A stretch of DNA of 64,000 nt. It comes from Octopus vulgaris (taxonomy: Eukaryota). The notes beneath the pieces are model-generated. The model saw only the letters and a list, made by a program, of their open reading frames with translations. It searched no databases and was not told where the DNA came from. Positions 39,251-51,253 of this stretch are shown here, piece after piece. Within the stretch, counting starts at the first letter, position 1. The number at the start of each line of letters is the position of its first letter. The DNA is taken from NCBI GenBank assembly GCA_951406725.2, contig OX597821.1, forward strand, positions 75,950,001 to 76,014,000, in the 5' to 3' direction. A program made the translations under genes and the position numbers.

Positions 39251-39666
39251 AGGGAAAGCTAGGTCACCTTGAAGATGAATCAACACTCGGATGTCCATGC
39301 ATGCCTAAATCGACTGCATTTTGTGTGTGTGTGTGTGTTACCTTAGCACTTGTATTGTACTACAAAAGGGGACTACAGGTCGAGAATCCCGAGCCATTGT
39401 CCCTATCCGAAACAATTCTGTATCCCCCGACTTTGTATTACACTGATGTTGTGTAGACAAGTGGGCAAAACACGATATCTCCTTACCCCCTAAATAATTT
39501 AATAAAAAATCCCATAGGTCTGAATATTTTCGACCCCAGTCGATAGAACATATGTCCTGCCACACTTTGATTCACGTTCTTTCCAACTCCTTTTTCTGAA
39601 AACATAAAAACTGTTATAAGATAAATTCCTCTGATACATCACAGAGGCATTTTAAAGCTAATTTAC

Positions 39667-39742
39667 GCCACGGGTATATGGCGTAGTGGTTAAGAGCGCG
39701 GGCTACTAACCCCAAGATTCCGAGTTCGATTTCAGGCAGTGA

Positions 39743-39781
<39 letters not shown>

Positions 39782-39976
39782 CGATGATGATAACATCGAA
39801 AAATACCTTAGGAATTAGAACCTAGGTTCGAAATTTCCTCATGACACCTGATGAAGGCTGGAGGGTATATCAGCCGAAACATTGTGTTAACAACAAACAA
39901 GATGAGGACAAATATCTGTATAATGTAAATAATGTAAATAATGTAAATAATTCCTCATCTCTTAAATTCAGAACTG
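39667..39976 (+). mobile_element. SINE family C: tRNA-like head, (AAT)n, hammerhead-containing tail
   Basis: A box TGGCGTAGTGGTTAAG, B box GAGTTCGATT, (AAT)n, then HHR; further copies at 42633-42812 and 46530-46652. Confidence 0.85.
39843..39888 (+). ncRNA. Minimal type I hammerhead ribozyme within SINE C
   Basis: GACAC CUGAUGA A GGCUG GAGGGUAUAU CAGCC GAAA CA U U GUGUU. Confidence 0.8.
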
Positions 39977-40249
39977 TATTAACGTATCCTCTTTACTAGC
40001 AACACCAGCAAAAGGCGTGATTTTGTTTTTGTTGGTAATTTCGTAATTAGCTTTTAAGTTGACTGTTCGCTATTCTCTTTTATTTTGTTGTTGTTTTCTC
40101 ATTGTCATTGCGAAGGATTGTGCTGGAATGTATTTGTAATTGTAAGGTCTTCTATTTTAGATTAATCTGTTTTTATTCGTAAAAAAATGTAAAATGATAT
40201 CCCCTTCCCTCGCAACTACAAACTATTTGAAAAGAAATGAACGGGGCAA

Positions 40250-40585
40250 ACAATCCCAGCAATGCGATTGCACTTCAGGAACAATTATTGCAACAGCCTG
40301 GGTTTCAGGGGCCCACCGCTTTTCAATATTCCCCCAAAGAGCCTGAGAAGCCTACACAAAGTGGATGTAGGCGTTTTCAAATCAAAACTGGACCTCAACC
40401 TGTCGAGAGTCCCAGATGAACCTATCTCACGGCAAGAGGTGCAAATGAGGGTAGCGACATCAAACTCCATTCTTCACCAAGTGACACATATTAGAGGATG
40501 CTCTCAGTAATAACAGTGTAGCAAAACGGCGGTGCCCCATCATGGCCGCAGCTCTGAGCTGAAACTACAAAAGAAAATAAAAGAA
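40250..40585 (+). mobile_element. CR1-like LINE 3' end
   Basis: NSLGFRGPPLFN...FKSKLD...VPDEP...SNSILHQ, then tail GGCGGTGCCCCATCATGGCCGCAGCTCTGAGCTGAAA. Confidence 0.85.
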
Positions 40586-40641
40586 CAATTGTTTTCAGAA
40601 ATATACGTAAACCTTTTGAAAGTGTTTGATTGTGATTGTAT

Positions 40642-40876
40642 TACCTATTTCTTTACTACCCACAAGGGGCTAAACACAGAGAGGACAAACAAGGACAGGC
40701 AGACGGATTAAGTCGATTATATCGACCCCAGTGCGTAACTGGTACTTAATTTATCGACCCCGAAAGGATGAAAGGCAAAGTCGACTCCGGCGGAATTTGA
40801 ACTCAGAACGTCACGGCAGACGAAATACCGCTAAGTATTTCCTCCAGCGTGCTAACGTTTCTGCCAGCTCGCCGCC
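40642..40876 (-). mobile_element. SINE family B with Tx1-like tail
   Basis: Near-identical to units at 26770-27006 and 38138-38370. Confidence 0.9.
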
Positions 40877-41729
40877 ACTATTGTGATTGTATTACCATCA
40901 TTCAATGATAAAGGAGGGAAAAAAATCAGGTTTCGATACTACTCACAAGTTTGATAGTCTTTATTCGGGATTAACACTAAATATACCTTCTCTTCAACAA
41001 AACAGCTTGAAGCATATGCATATGATGCAAGCATTAAATATGGTTCCAGATGCAGAAAGATTTCACATAATGATGCAGCTTGATTACACACACATCTCTT
41101 TCTCTCTCTTTCTCTTATCCCTGCGTATGTGTGTGTAAGTGCATGGATGTGTATATGTCTGTATACGTGTGTGTATGTGCTTATATGCTCTTCTATTACT
41201 CTTGTCTTATTGGCTGTTTTGTGTCTTTCAATTTCTCTGTTTAAAGCTTCATATTTTTGACCGTCCATTTTCTCTTTACATCTCGTTCTCTATCGCTGTA
41301 TGTCTGCCCCCTCTCTCTCTTTCTCTCGTTAAATTCTCAGTCTCAATCTCTCCTCACATACCTTTGTATATATCTTAGTATTTCTCTCTCTTCGCTTTCT
41401 CTCTCTCTCTCATTTCCTATTAGTGAGTCTACCTTTCTCTCAGGTTCCTTCCTCTGTTGCTATATAAATCATTTGTTGATTGAATGCTTGCTCTCGGAGC
41501 CTCATCTCTTGTTGTTGTTATTTTTGGATCTTGTCATAATTTTTTTTCCTGCTACAGCTACAGTTTGCTTATTGTCGGATTAACTGTGCTTGTTCTTGTT
41601 ATTGTTGTTGATGATGTAAATAACCAGAAGAATTACAACGAATAACGAGAGAAGTACATCAAGTAATGAAAACTGACAGCATCCAGAGACTAGATTACCT
41701 CAGACCGGCTCCAATATTGTCCGCGTATG

Positions 41730-42212
41730 GTCATGTGCGTCGATGTGTGTGTGTGGTATGAGTGCGTGTGTGTGCAATCGTGTGTGTTTGTATATATGTG
41801 TGTGTGTGTGGTTGTTGTATGCGTACGCGTCTGTGCGTGTGTGCGTGTGTCTATGTGTGTATGTGTGTAGTATGTTGTGTGCACGTGTGTCTATATGTGT
41901 GCATATGTGTGTATGTGGGTGGTGTATATGTGTGTGTGCACGCATAGGAGTGTGTGTATGTGTGTATATGTGTATGTGTGTCTGATGTGTATGTGTTTAC
42001 GTGTGTGTGCGTCTATGTGTATGTGTATGCATAAGTGTGTGCGTGCGTGTGTGCGTATGTGTGTGTGTGGGTGTGTGTGTATGTTTGTTGTATGCATTTG
42101 TATATGCGTGTGTGTAATTGTGAATGTGTATGTGGTGTGTTTGTGCGTCTATGTGTATGCGTTTGTATATGTGTGTTCGTGTGTGCGTGCACGTGTGTGC
42201 GTGTGTGTGCTT
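41730..42212. repeat. Degenerate (TG)n microsatellite
   Basis: Direct inspection. Confidence 0.95.
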
Positions 42213-42279
42213 TAAGGTAATCTCGTTACAGTAATTGTCCTAAATACATAATTATTTTTGCATAAATTATCGTATGAGC

Positions 42280-42475
42280 ACGAGCAAGGAAAACCGTTAG
42301 CACAGCGGGTAAAATTCTTAGAGGCAAATCGTCTCGTAACGTTCTGAGTTCAAATTCTGCCGAGGTTGGCTTTGCGCTTAATCGATATAAAGAGTACCAG
42401 TTAAACACTGGGGTCGAAGTAATCAAGTACCTTCTCTCTCGAAAATGCTAGCCTTGTTCCAAAATTTGAAACCAT
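42280..42475 (+). mobile_element. SINE family B, degraded
   Basis: GTTCTGAGTTCAAATTCTGCCGAGGT...AGTACCAG. Confidence 0.75.
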
Positions 42476-42632
42476 TATTATCATCAACATATTTATTATT
42501 ATTTTTCATAGTAGTGGTGGTGGTGGCGGTGGTGGTGATAGTGCTGGTGATGGTAGAAGTGGTTGTTGCTGTTGGAGGTAGTGGTAGTGGTGGTGAGGTG
42601 ATTTGAAAGTTACAAAAATACGCCAAGTTCAT

Positions 42633-42812
42633 TCAGTTCTATATTTAAGAGATGAGGAATTATGTACGTTATTTACATTATTTACATTTGACGGATATTT
42701 GTCCTCATTTTGTTTAACATAATGTTTCGGCTGATATACCATCCAGCCTTCATTAGGAGTCTTGGGGAAATTTCGAACCTACGTTCTCATTCCTAAGGTA
42801 TTTTTCGATGTA
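42633..42812 (-). mobile_element. SINE family C tail half with mutated hammerhead (42716-42761, CUAAUGA)
   Basis: Reverse complement of 39792-39976. Confidence 0.85.
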
Positions 42813-42842
<30 letters not shown>

Positions 42843-42845
<3 letters not shown>

Positions 42846-43284
42846 TAGTTTTATTTTTATAGCGTGCTTTCACTTCACTACCGAGCGCAGCTCTGTGTGC
42901 TTTGGGTATGTGCTGTGATTTGTTGTGATGCTCTGATGGTTATTGTATGGAAAGTGTTCTGCGTAGGATGTGTGCAGTGCCTTGTAGTGCAATTTTCTGT
43001 ATGTTATATGTGTTTGTAAGTCCTGGTGTTTTTGTTATGTATTTGTCTGAATATTTTTTTATCATGCCTAATGCACCTACTATGATAGGAATTGTCTCTG
43101 TTTTCAGATTCCACATTCTAGTTACCTCTATTTCCAGGTCTTTGTATTTTGAGAGTTTCTCCATTTCTTTTAGAGACACGTTGTCATCAGCCGGTATTGA
43201 TACATCAATTAGAAAGCATTTTTTTCTTCATGGTTTCTGACAACTATATCTGGTCTGTTGGCTTTAATTTCTCTGTCTGTGTGT
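42843..43284 (-). mobile_element. R4/Dong-like RLE LINE, short 3' fragment in (TAA)n
   Basis: RPDIVV, FLIDVSIP, EKLSKYKDL, IPIIVGALG; near-identical to 43358-43800. Confidence 0.9.
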
Positions 43285-43296
43285 TATTATTATTAA

Positions 43297-43356
<60 letters not shown>

Positions 43357-43357
43357 T

Positions 43358-45752
43358 CAGTAGTTTTATTTTTATAGCGTGCTTTCACTTCACTACCGAG
43401 CGCAGCTCTGTGTGCTTTGGGTATGTGTTTTAATTTGTTGTGATGCTCTGATGGTTATTGTATGGAAAGTGTTCTGCGTAGGATGTGTGCAGTGCCTAGT
43501 AGTGCAATTTTCTGTATGTTATATGTGTTTGTAAGTCCTGGTGTTTTTGTTATGTATTTGTCTGAATATTTTTTTTATCATGCCTAATGCACCTACTATG
43601 ATAGGAATTGTCTCTGTTTTTAGATTCCACATTCTGGTTACCTCTATTTCCAGGTCTTTGTATTTTGAAAGTTTCTCCATTTCTTTTAGAGACACGTTGT
43701 CATCTGCCGGTATTGATACATCAATTAGAAAGCATTTTTTTCTTCATTATCTCTGACAACTATATCTGGTCTGTTGGCCTTAATTTCTCTATCTGTGTGT
43801 ATCGGCATATCCCAGAGTATGGTTGCTTTCTCGTTTTCTGCGACCTTTTCTGGTGTGTGCCTATACCATCTTTTTTCTGTTGTTATTCCATAATGTTGGC
43901 ATAGCTTCCAGTGTATGTAGGTTCCAACTCTGTCATGTCTGTGAATATATTCCTTCTTAGCCATGACTGGGCAGCCAGAGATAATATGATTTATTGTTTG
44001 TTGTCCATCTCCACATATTCTGCAGTTACTTGTTATATTTCTTTTCATTACATGTTTTTGGTAATTTCTGGTGGGTGCTGCAATTAAAAATCCCACTGTC
44101 TCTGCTTTGAGTCCTGAGCTTCTCAAACATTGCTGGGATTTTTCTTTGTCTATTTCTTTTGCATTTAGTTTAGTCCAGTATTTAACATGAAGGGGTTTTT
44201 CTTGCCATCGTTTTATCATGGTTCTTAGCTGTTCTAGTTTTAGTTTGGATTTCATTTCTTTTATAGCTTTGGTCGTTTCTTCTTCTTCTTCTTCTTCTTC
44301 TTCTTCTTCTTCTTCTTCTTCTTCTTCTTCTTCTTCTTCTTCTTCTTCTTCTTCTTCTTCATATTTATTAGGTGGTATGATTTCTTGTTTGTATTTGTCA
44401 GCTTCCTTAAATACTGAGAACAGTTTTTTGTTTTGCTCGTGTTTTGCCGCTATCTGGATCAGTTTTCCTTCCTTCTGAAGTAAATATTTTTGCAGTCCTA
44501 TGGTAGTTATTTTATAGTAGTTTTTCAGCTGTATAAGGCCTCTACCACCTTCTATACGTTGTATATATAGTCTTTCTATGTCAGATTTTGGGTGATGCAT
44601 CCTAGATCCTGTCACTATTTTTCTTGTATTCCTATCTATTTTGGTCAGTTCATTTAGTGTCCAGTTAAGGATATTGTAGCTGTAACTTATAATTGGGACA
44701 CCTAAAGTGTTAATACCTATTATCTTGTTTTTAGCATTGAGCTCTGTTGTTAGTATTGATCTAAGTCGTCTATAATATTCATTTTTTTATTTTCTCTTTC
44801 ATTTGTGTGTGTTGTGTCTTATCTAGTTCATGGATTCCTAAGTATTTGTAAGTTTGGCTTTGGTCTAATTCTTTTATATCATTGTTTTATCTAGTGTGAT
44901 GTTGCTACTCTTAACTAGTTTTCCTCTTTTCAGGGTTACTTTGGCGCATTTTTCTAATCCAAATTTCATATCTATTTCTTTGGTAAATCCATGAACTGTC
45001 TTTAATAGTGTTTCCAGCTGTTTGTCATTTGCAGCGTATAGTTTTAGGTCATTCATATATAAAAGGTGGCTGATCGTTTTGCCGTAACATTTATATCCGC
45101 ATCCAGTTCTATTTTAGCATATCAGATAGAGGTGACAGTGCCAAGCAGAAAAGGAGTGGAGAGAGCGTGTCTCCCTGGAATATTCCTCTTCTAATGGGGA
45201 TGGCTTTGGTTTTCATGAGTCCCTCTTTTGTTTGCCATTTATTTATAGAGTGTCCTATGAATTTTATAATTGTTGGTGCTACTTTGTTAATGGCTAGTGT
45301 TTCGAGGATCCATGTGTGAGGGATGCTATCAAACGCAGTTTTGTAGTCGATCCAGGCCATACTGAGGCCTTTCTTCTTTCTGTGGCTGTCTTCAGTTATG
45401 GCTTTATTAATCCTTAGTTGATCTTTACAGCCATATGAGCCTTTGCGGCATCCTTTCTGCTCTTCTGGAAACAGGTTGTTTTCGTCCAGGTGCTTGTTCA
45501 ACCTTTGCGATATCACTGCAGTAAATGCCTTGTACATTGTAGGGAGACAGGTTATTGGTCTGTAGTTTTCTGGTTTTGCTGTCTCATTTGATTTGGGGAT
45601 TAAGATGGTTTTCCCCTTCGTGAGTCATTCAGGCATTGTCTCTGGCTCTGCTAGTATGTTGTTAAAATTTTCAGCCAGCTTTTTGTGCAATCCTGTTAGA
45701 TATTTCAGCCAGAAGTTGGGGATCTTGTCATGCCCAGGTGCCTTCCAGTTGC
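43358..45752 (-). mobile_element. 5'-truncated R4/Dong-like non-LTR retrotransposon (RT, CCHC knuckle, restriction-like endonuclease), pseudogenised
   Basis: KAPGHD, AWIDYKTAFDSIPH, GIFQGDTLSPLLF, YMND (for YMDD), CRIC...HIISGC, RHD, NRPDIVV; flanked by (TAA)n. Confidence 0.92.
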
Positions 45753-45796
<44 letters not shown>

Positions 45797-46350
45797 GAGT
45801 GAGAGAGCAGTTCATGCCATCAAAGTGACACTGGGGTAAAATATACGAAGCCCAATATACCCATCATGACTACCCGTCTGATAAAGGTACACCAGGCACA
45901 TGCATCACAACCATATGTGCGCGACATGGTGATCTCATATCAAGATAAACAGCACATGACCTTGCAGGTGGGGCCCAGTTAGAATTTTCTTCAGGTTGAG
46001 TAGCCCATCCCGCTCAAAAGGTCCCTGAATAAGGGTTGTTTAAGGATGTTGAAAGAACCACCCATGTTTCCAGAGGTGAACTATTCAAGCCCCAAAAAAT
46101 CCCTCTCAACACATGGCTATGATGCTCCCCCACTACTTCTGCTCGTGATCAGAGATGCACATATCGTCAGCCACTAAGGGACATGCTCAACTGGTTAAGG
46201 TCAAACAACTGACAAGCAAATCTGTGGTATTGAGCAGAATATTTGCTGTAGCCCATCTTTTATACCAAGACAAAACAATGTACATGATAACACTTCCAAT
46301 CAGTTCAGATCAGAAGCCATGATAGCCACTGCCTGGTACTGCATCAGGGC

Positions 46351-46351
<1 letters not shown>
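45797..46351. mobile_element. Unclassified ~555-bp non-coding element inserted in (TAA)n
   Basis: Second copy at 50476-50985 with the same ends; no ORF, TIR or tRNA head seen. Confidence 0.8.
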
Positions 46352-46437
<86 letters not shown>

Positions 46438-46440
46438 TAA

Positions 46441-46506
<66 letters not shown>

Positions 46507-46529
46507 TAATGTTATTAATATTATTTTAT

Positions 46530-46652
46530 TCAGGTCACAGCCTGTAATCGAACCCCAAGACACCCGATGAAGGCTGGAGTGTATGTCAGCCGAAACGTTG
46601 CGTTAACAACAAGCAAGATGAGAACAAATACCCGTCAAATGTAAATAATGCA
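46530..46652. mobile_element. SINE C truncated head (minus, 46530-46555) fused to an inverted HHR tail (plus, HHR 46559-46604)
   Basis: CAGGTCACAGCCTGTAATCGAAC then GACAC CCGATGA A GGCTG...CAGCC GAAACGTT GCGTT. Confidence 0.8.
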
Positions 46653-47025
46653 AACAATATGAATACACGAAGTGTTTAGATTTTTAGATCTAAAATAATT
46701 CGGTACATATCGAAGTCAGCAAATGTCTTGTGAAAATGCTGTGAATAATATTTCCATTGACCAAATACTATTTTCAGAAATATACTCATGTCTATCTATC
46801 TTTGCCAGTAAACATGTTGCTAACTTTGTAGAAGCGACTCAGTGTTTCAAATGAAATCTAACAGAATTTCAAATGGAATCACAAATACAGGCCATCAATT
46901 TTTGAGCTCAAAACTTGTATCGGCATTATTCCTTGTGTTCAGGTTTTTTTTTAATCACACCTGCATAATATTTTAGTTTCTTCACATTGCTACCTGGATT
47001 ATGAAAATATTATTATTTTTTATAT

Positions 47026-47550
<525 letters not shown>

Positions 47551-47968
47551 ATATAGAAAATTATGTGAAGCTTCATGTGTGTTATCATTATGCCTGTTCT
47601 AAAGGCAGAGCCCTGTAGAATCTTATGGTAGATATTTCGAAAAACAGGCTGGCTGAAAGAATAAAATATCTGAGACAAAACCACGTCTTTGTTACTATTT
47701 AATTGCTCAGGAACATCAAGTAGATCAACTACCAGTCATGTACCATGGTCAGTTTATTTCCCCAAATCTTCAAGTACGAAATCATGTTAGAAATCATGTG
47801 ACGACGGATTTTCGTGTTATACCTTAAATATCCTTAACTATGGAACGAATTTAAAAACGAAAATGAAACATTTAAAATAAAGTATTTCGGAGCACAAAGA
47901 ACATTTAAAGAAAAGATTAGAAATGCTTGCAACCCTTTTGATACGGATCTATCTATCTATCTATTTAT

Positions 47969-48529
<561 letters not shown>

Positions 48530-48744
48530 CAATAATAATTCTCTAAATGAGATATAGACAGTAACTGCTCCATAACATAAGGGACTAAAGCCATCTGAAT
48601 ATGGCTAGGGACAGGGCAGGGTGGTGGGGGTGTTACTGTTGCATTTAGCCCCAGGCGAACATCAACGTCGCCAGATAGGCTTGACACCATCACGGCGTCC
48701 TCTATCCTGCAAAGGGAGATAATTCCCCGATGAAGCGGAAACCA

Positions 48745-48789
48745 CACACGGACCTAGGTTTCAAGGTGTTTGCCTATTATCAACGTATG
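48745..48789 (-). ncRNA. Type I hammerhead, U3-A8 core variant (left arm)
   Basis: Reverse complement of 49057-49101. Confidence 0.75.
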
Positions 48790-49056
48790 GTAGGCGCCGC
48801 TTCCTCGACGAACAACCCACTCTGCAGGATATTTATATATAGATTTTCAAGCAAAATACATTTGCTGATTTCGAAAATCTGTTCGACAGCAATAATAATT
48901 CTCTAAATGAGGGACGCCGTGATGGTGTCAAGCCTATCTGGCGACGTCAAGCCTATCTGGCGAACAGATTTTCGAAATCAGCAAATGTATTTTGCTTGAA
49001 AATCTATATATAAATATCCTGCAGAGTGGGTTGTTCGTCGAGGAAGCGGCGCCTAC

Positions 49057-49101
49057 CATACGTTGATAATAGGCAAACACCTTGAAACCTAGGTCCGTGT
49101 G
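49057..49101 (+). ncRNA. Type I hammerhead, U3-A8 core variant (right arm)
   Basis: CAUACG UUGAUAA U AGG CAAACA CCU U GAAA CCUAGG UC|CGUGUG. Confidence 0.75.
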
Positions 49102-49347
49102 TGGTTTCCGCTTCATCGGGGAATTATCTCCCTTTGCAGGATAGAGGACGCCGTGATGGTGTCAAGCCTATCTGGCGACGTTGATGTTCGCCTGGGGCTA
49201 AATGCAACAGTAACACCCCCACCACCCTGCCCTGTCCCTAGCCATATTCAGATGGCTTTAGTCCCGTATGTTATATATATATATATATATATATACATTC
49301 ATACATACATACGCACTCAAACATACACATATACATATGTAGGTGTG

Positions 49348-49378
<31 letters not shown>

Positions 49379-49415
49379 TTGTGTGTGCATGCGAGCGTGT
49401 GCATGTGTGTGTGTT

Positions 49416-49455
<40 letters not shown>

Positions 49456-50293
49456 TGTGTGTGTGTGCGTGTGTTTATTCATGGTGCTACCTCGATACAG
49501 CTTTGTCAAGCTATCTTCAGAACTTATTTGAGATGTGATCAAGTCCCCCACATCCTCTTACTCTGACAATATTCCCGCCAGCAGCGGGCATGACCATGCA
49601 ACCATTTCTGGAGTTTTCTCAACTTCCTCACCCACTTTTTACCCGGTCTGTAAACAGACAAAAATCCATGTGTTGTCCAACCGACGCACACACACAAACA
49701 CACACACACACACACATGTACACATACATACACATACATACACACATACCCACATTATTTAACCACAAACCGTGCCATCTCGGCTCTGTTTATTCGCAAT
49801 GTCATTCCCCGTCCATCATCTTTCGGGTTATTTTTCTCACCAATTCTCATACTTTTACCGATATTGTACTGACTTTCGTTGTTATTATTCGATTTCATTG
49901 TTGCTATTGCTGTCGTCTTTGTTGCTAACGCCATTCTGATTATTTTGAGGCTTTGTCTTGTTATCCGTGCTTTAGTGGCGCATGTTGTTGTTGCTGCTGC
50001 TTCTATATTTAATTTTCTTTTATTTTCCTAAAGATTATACGTTATGATTACCCACGTGATAGCCGTTACGGTCAGGTTTGTTACTGATGCTGTTGCTGCT
50101 GTTGTTGTATCTATAGTATTATTGTTGCTATTATTTTTATCATCGTTATTGTTTTTCTATTTGATTATCATTGCAGCATGTTGTGGTTGTTGCTATGGTT
50201 TCTTTTTCATTGTGTCATTTCGCAATGATGCTGGCGTTGCCTTTTCTTCTATAATTAAGTATAATGTTATCATATTTCTGATACAAATGTCAC

Positions 50294-50366
<73 letters not shown>

Positions 50367-50413
50367 GTTGTTGTTGTTGTTGTTATTGATGTTGTTGCTG
50401 TTGTTGTTGTTGC

Positions 50414-50465
<52 letters not shown>

Positions 50466-50475
50466 GCTAATGAGT

Positions 50476-50985
50476 GAGTGAGAGAGCAGTGCATGCCATC
50501 AAAGTGACACTTGGGTAAAATATACGAAGCCCAGTATACACATAATGGCTACCCGTCTGATAAGGGTACACTAGGCACATGATTCACAACCATATGTGCG
50601 CGACAAGATGATCTTATATCAAGATAAACAGCGCAAGACCTTGCAGGTGGAGCCCAGTTAGAATTTTCTTCAGGTCGAGTAGACCATACTGTTCAAATGG
50701 TCCTTGAATAAAGATTAAGGATGTTGAATGAAACACACATGTTTCCGGAGGTGAATTATCCAAACCTCTAAGAATTCCTCTCAACACATAGCACATATCG
50801 TCAGCTACGAAGGGACATGCTCAACTGGTTAAGGTCAAGTAACTGACAAGCTAATCTCTGGTACTGAGCAGAATATTTATTGTAGGTGATCTTTTACACC
50901 AAGACAAAACCGTGTACATGATAACACTTCCAATCAGTTAAGATCACAAGCCATGAGAGTCACTGCCTGGTACAGCTATGGGGCA
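50476..50985. mobile_element. Second copy of the (TAA)n-associated non-coding element
   Basis: Aligns with 45797-46351 with an internal deletion. Confidence 0.8.
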
Positions 50986-50989
50986 TATA

Positions 50990-51180
50990 TTTTTGTTATG
51001 TATTTGCCTGAATATGTTTTTTATCATACCTAATGTGCCTACTATAATAGGAATTGTTTCTATTTTTAGGCTCCTCATTCGAGTTAGCTCTGTTTCCAGA
51101 TCTTAGTATTTTGAAAGTTTCTGTTTCTTTTGGAGAAACGTTGTCATGTGTTGGTACTGATACATCAATTAGAAAGCATC
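50990..51180 (-). mobile_element. Diverged fragment of the R4/Dong-like family at 43358
   Basis: Matches 43030-43220. Confidence 0.8.
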
Positions 51181-51200
51181 TTTATATTCTTAGTTTTTGT

Positions 51201-51238
<38 letters not shown>

Positions 51239-51253
51239 TATCATTATTATTAT

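Larger units (their letters stand above)
48528..49274. mobile_element. Young Penelope-like foldback: 314-bp arms (48572-48885 / 48961-49274) with mosaic 75-bp spacer
   Basis: Arms differ at one position that I could see; flanked by (TA)n. Confidence 0.85.

Noticed and set aside
39338-39565. Tc1-like transposase remnant (SDLWDFLLNYLGGK); also a QQDG motif near 18550
   Set aside because: Only a few residues resemble the motifs; insufficient without a profile search
39667-39745. tRNA gene calls for this and other tRNA-like heads
   Set aside because: No complete cloverleaf, and each continues into a dispersed SINE body
43725-44615. 296-aa ORF with poly-Glu as a host acidic protein
   Set aside because: It is part of a disrupted R4/Dong-like ORF; the poly-E is a (GAA)n expansion
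48727-48743. Plus-strand CCGATGAAGCGGAAACC as a hammerhead
   Set aside because: No room for stem II; the supported motif lies on the opposite strand at 48745-48789
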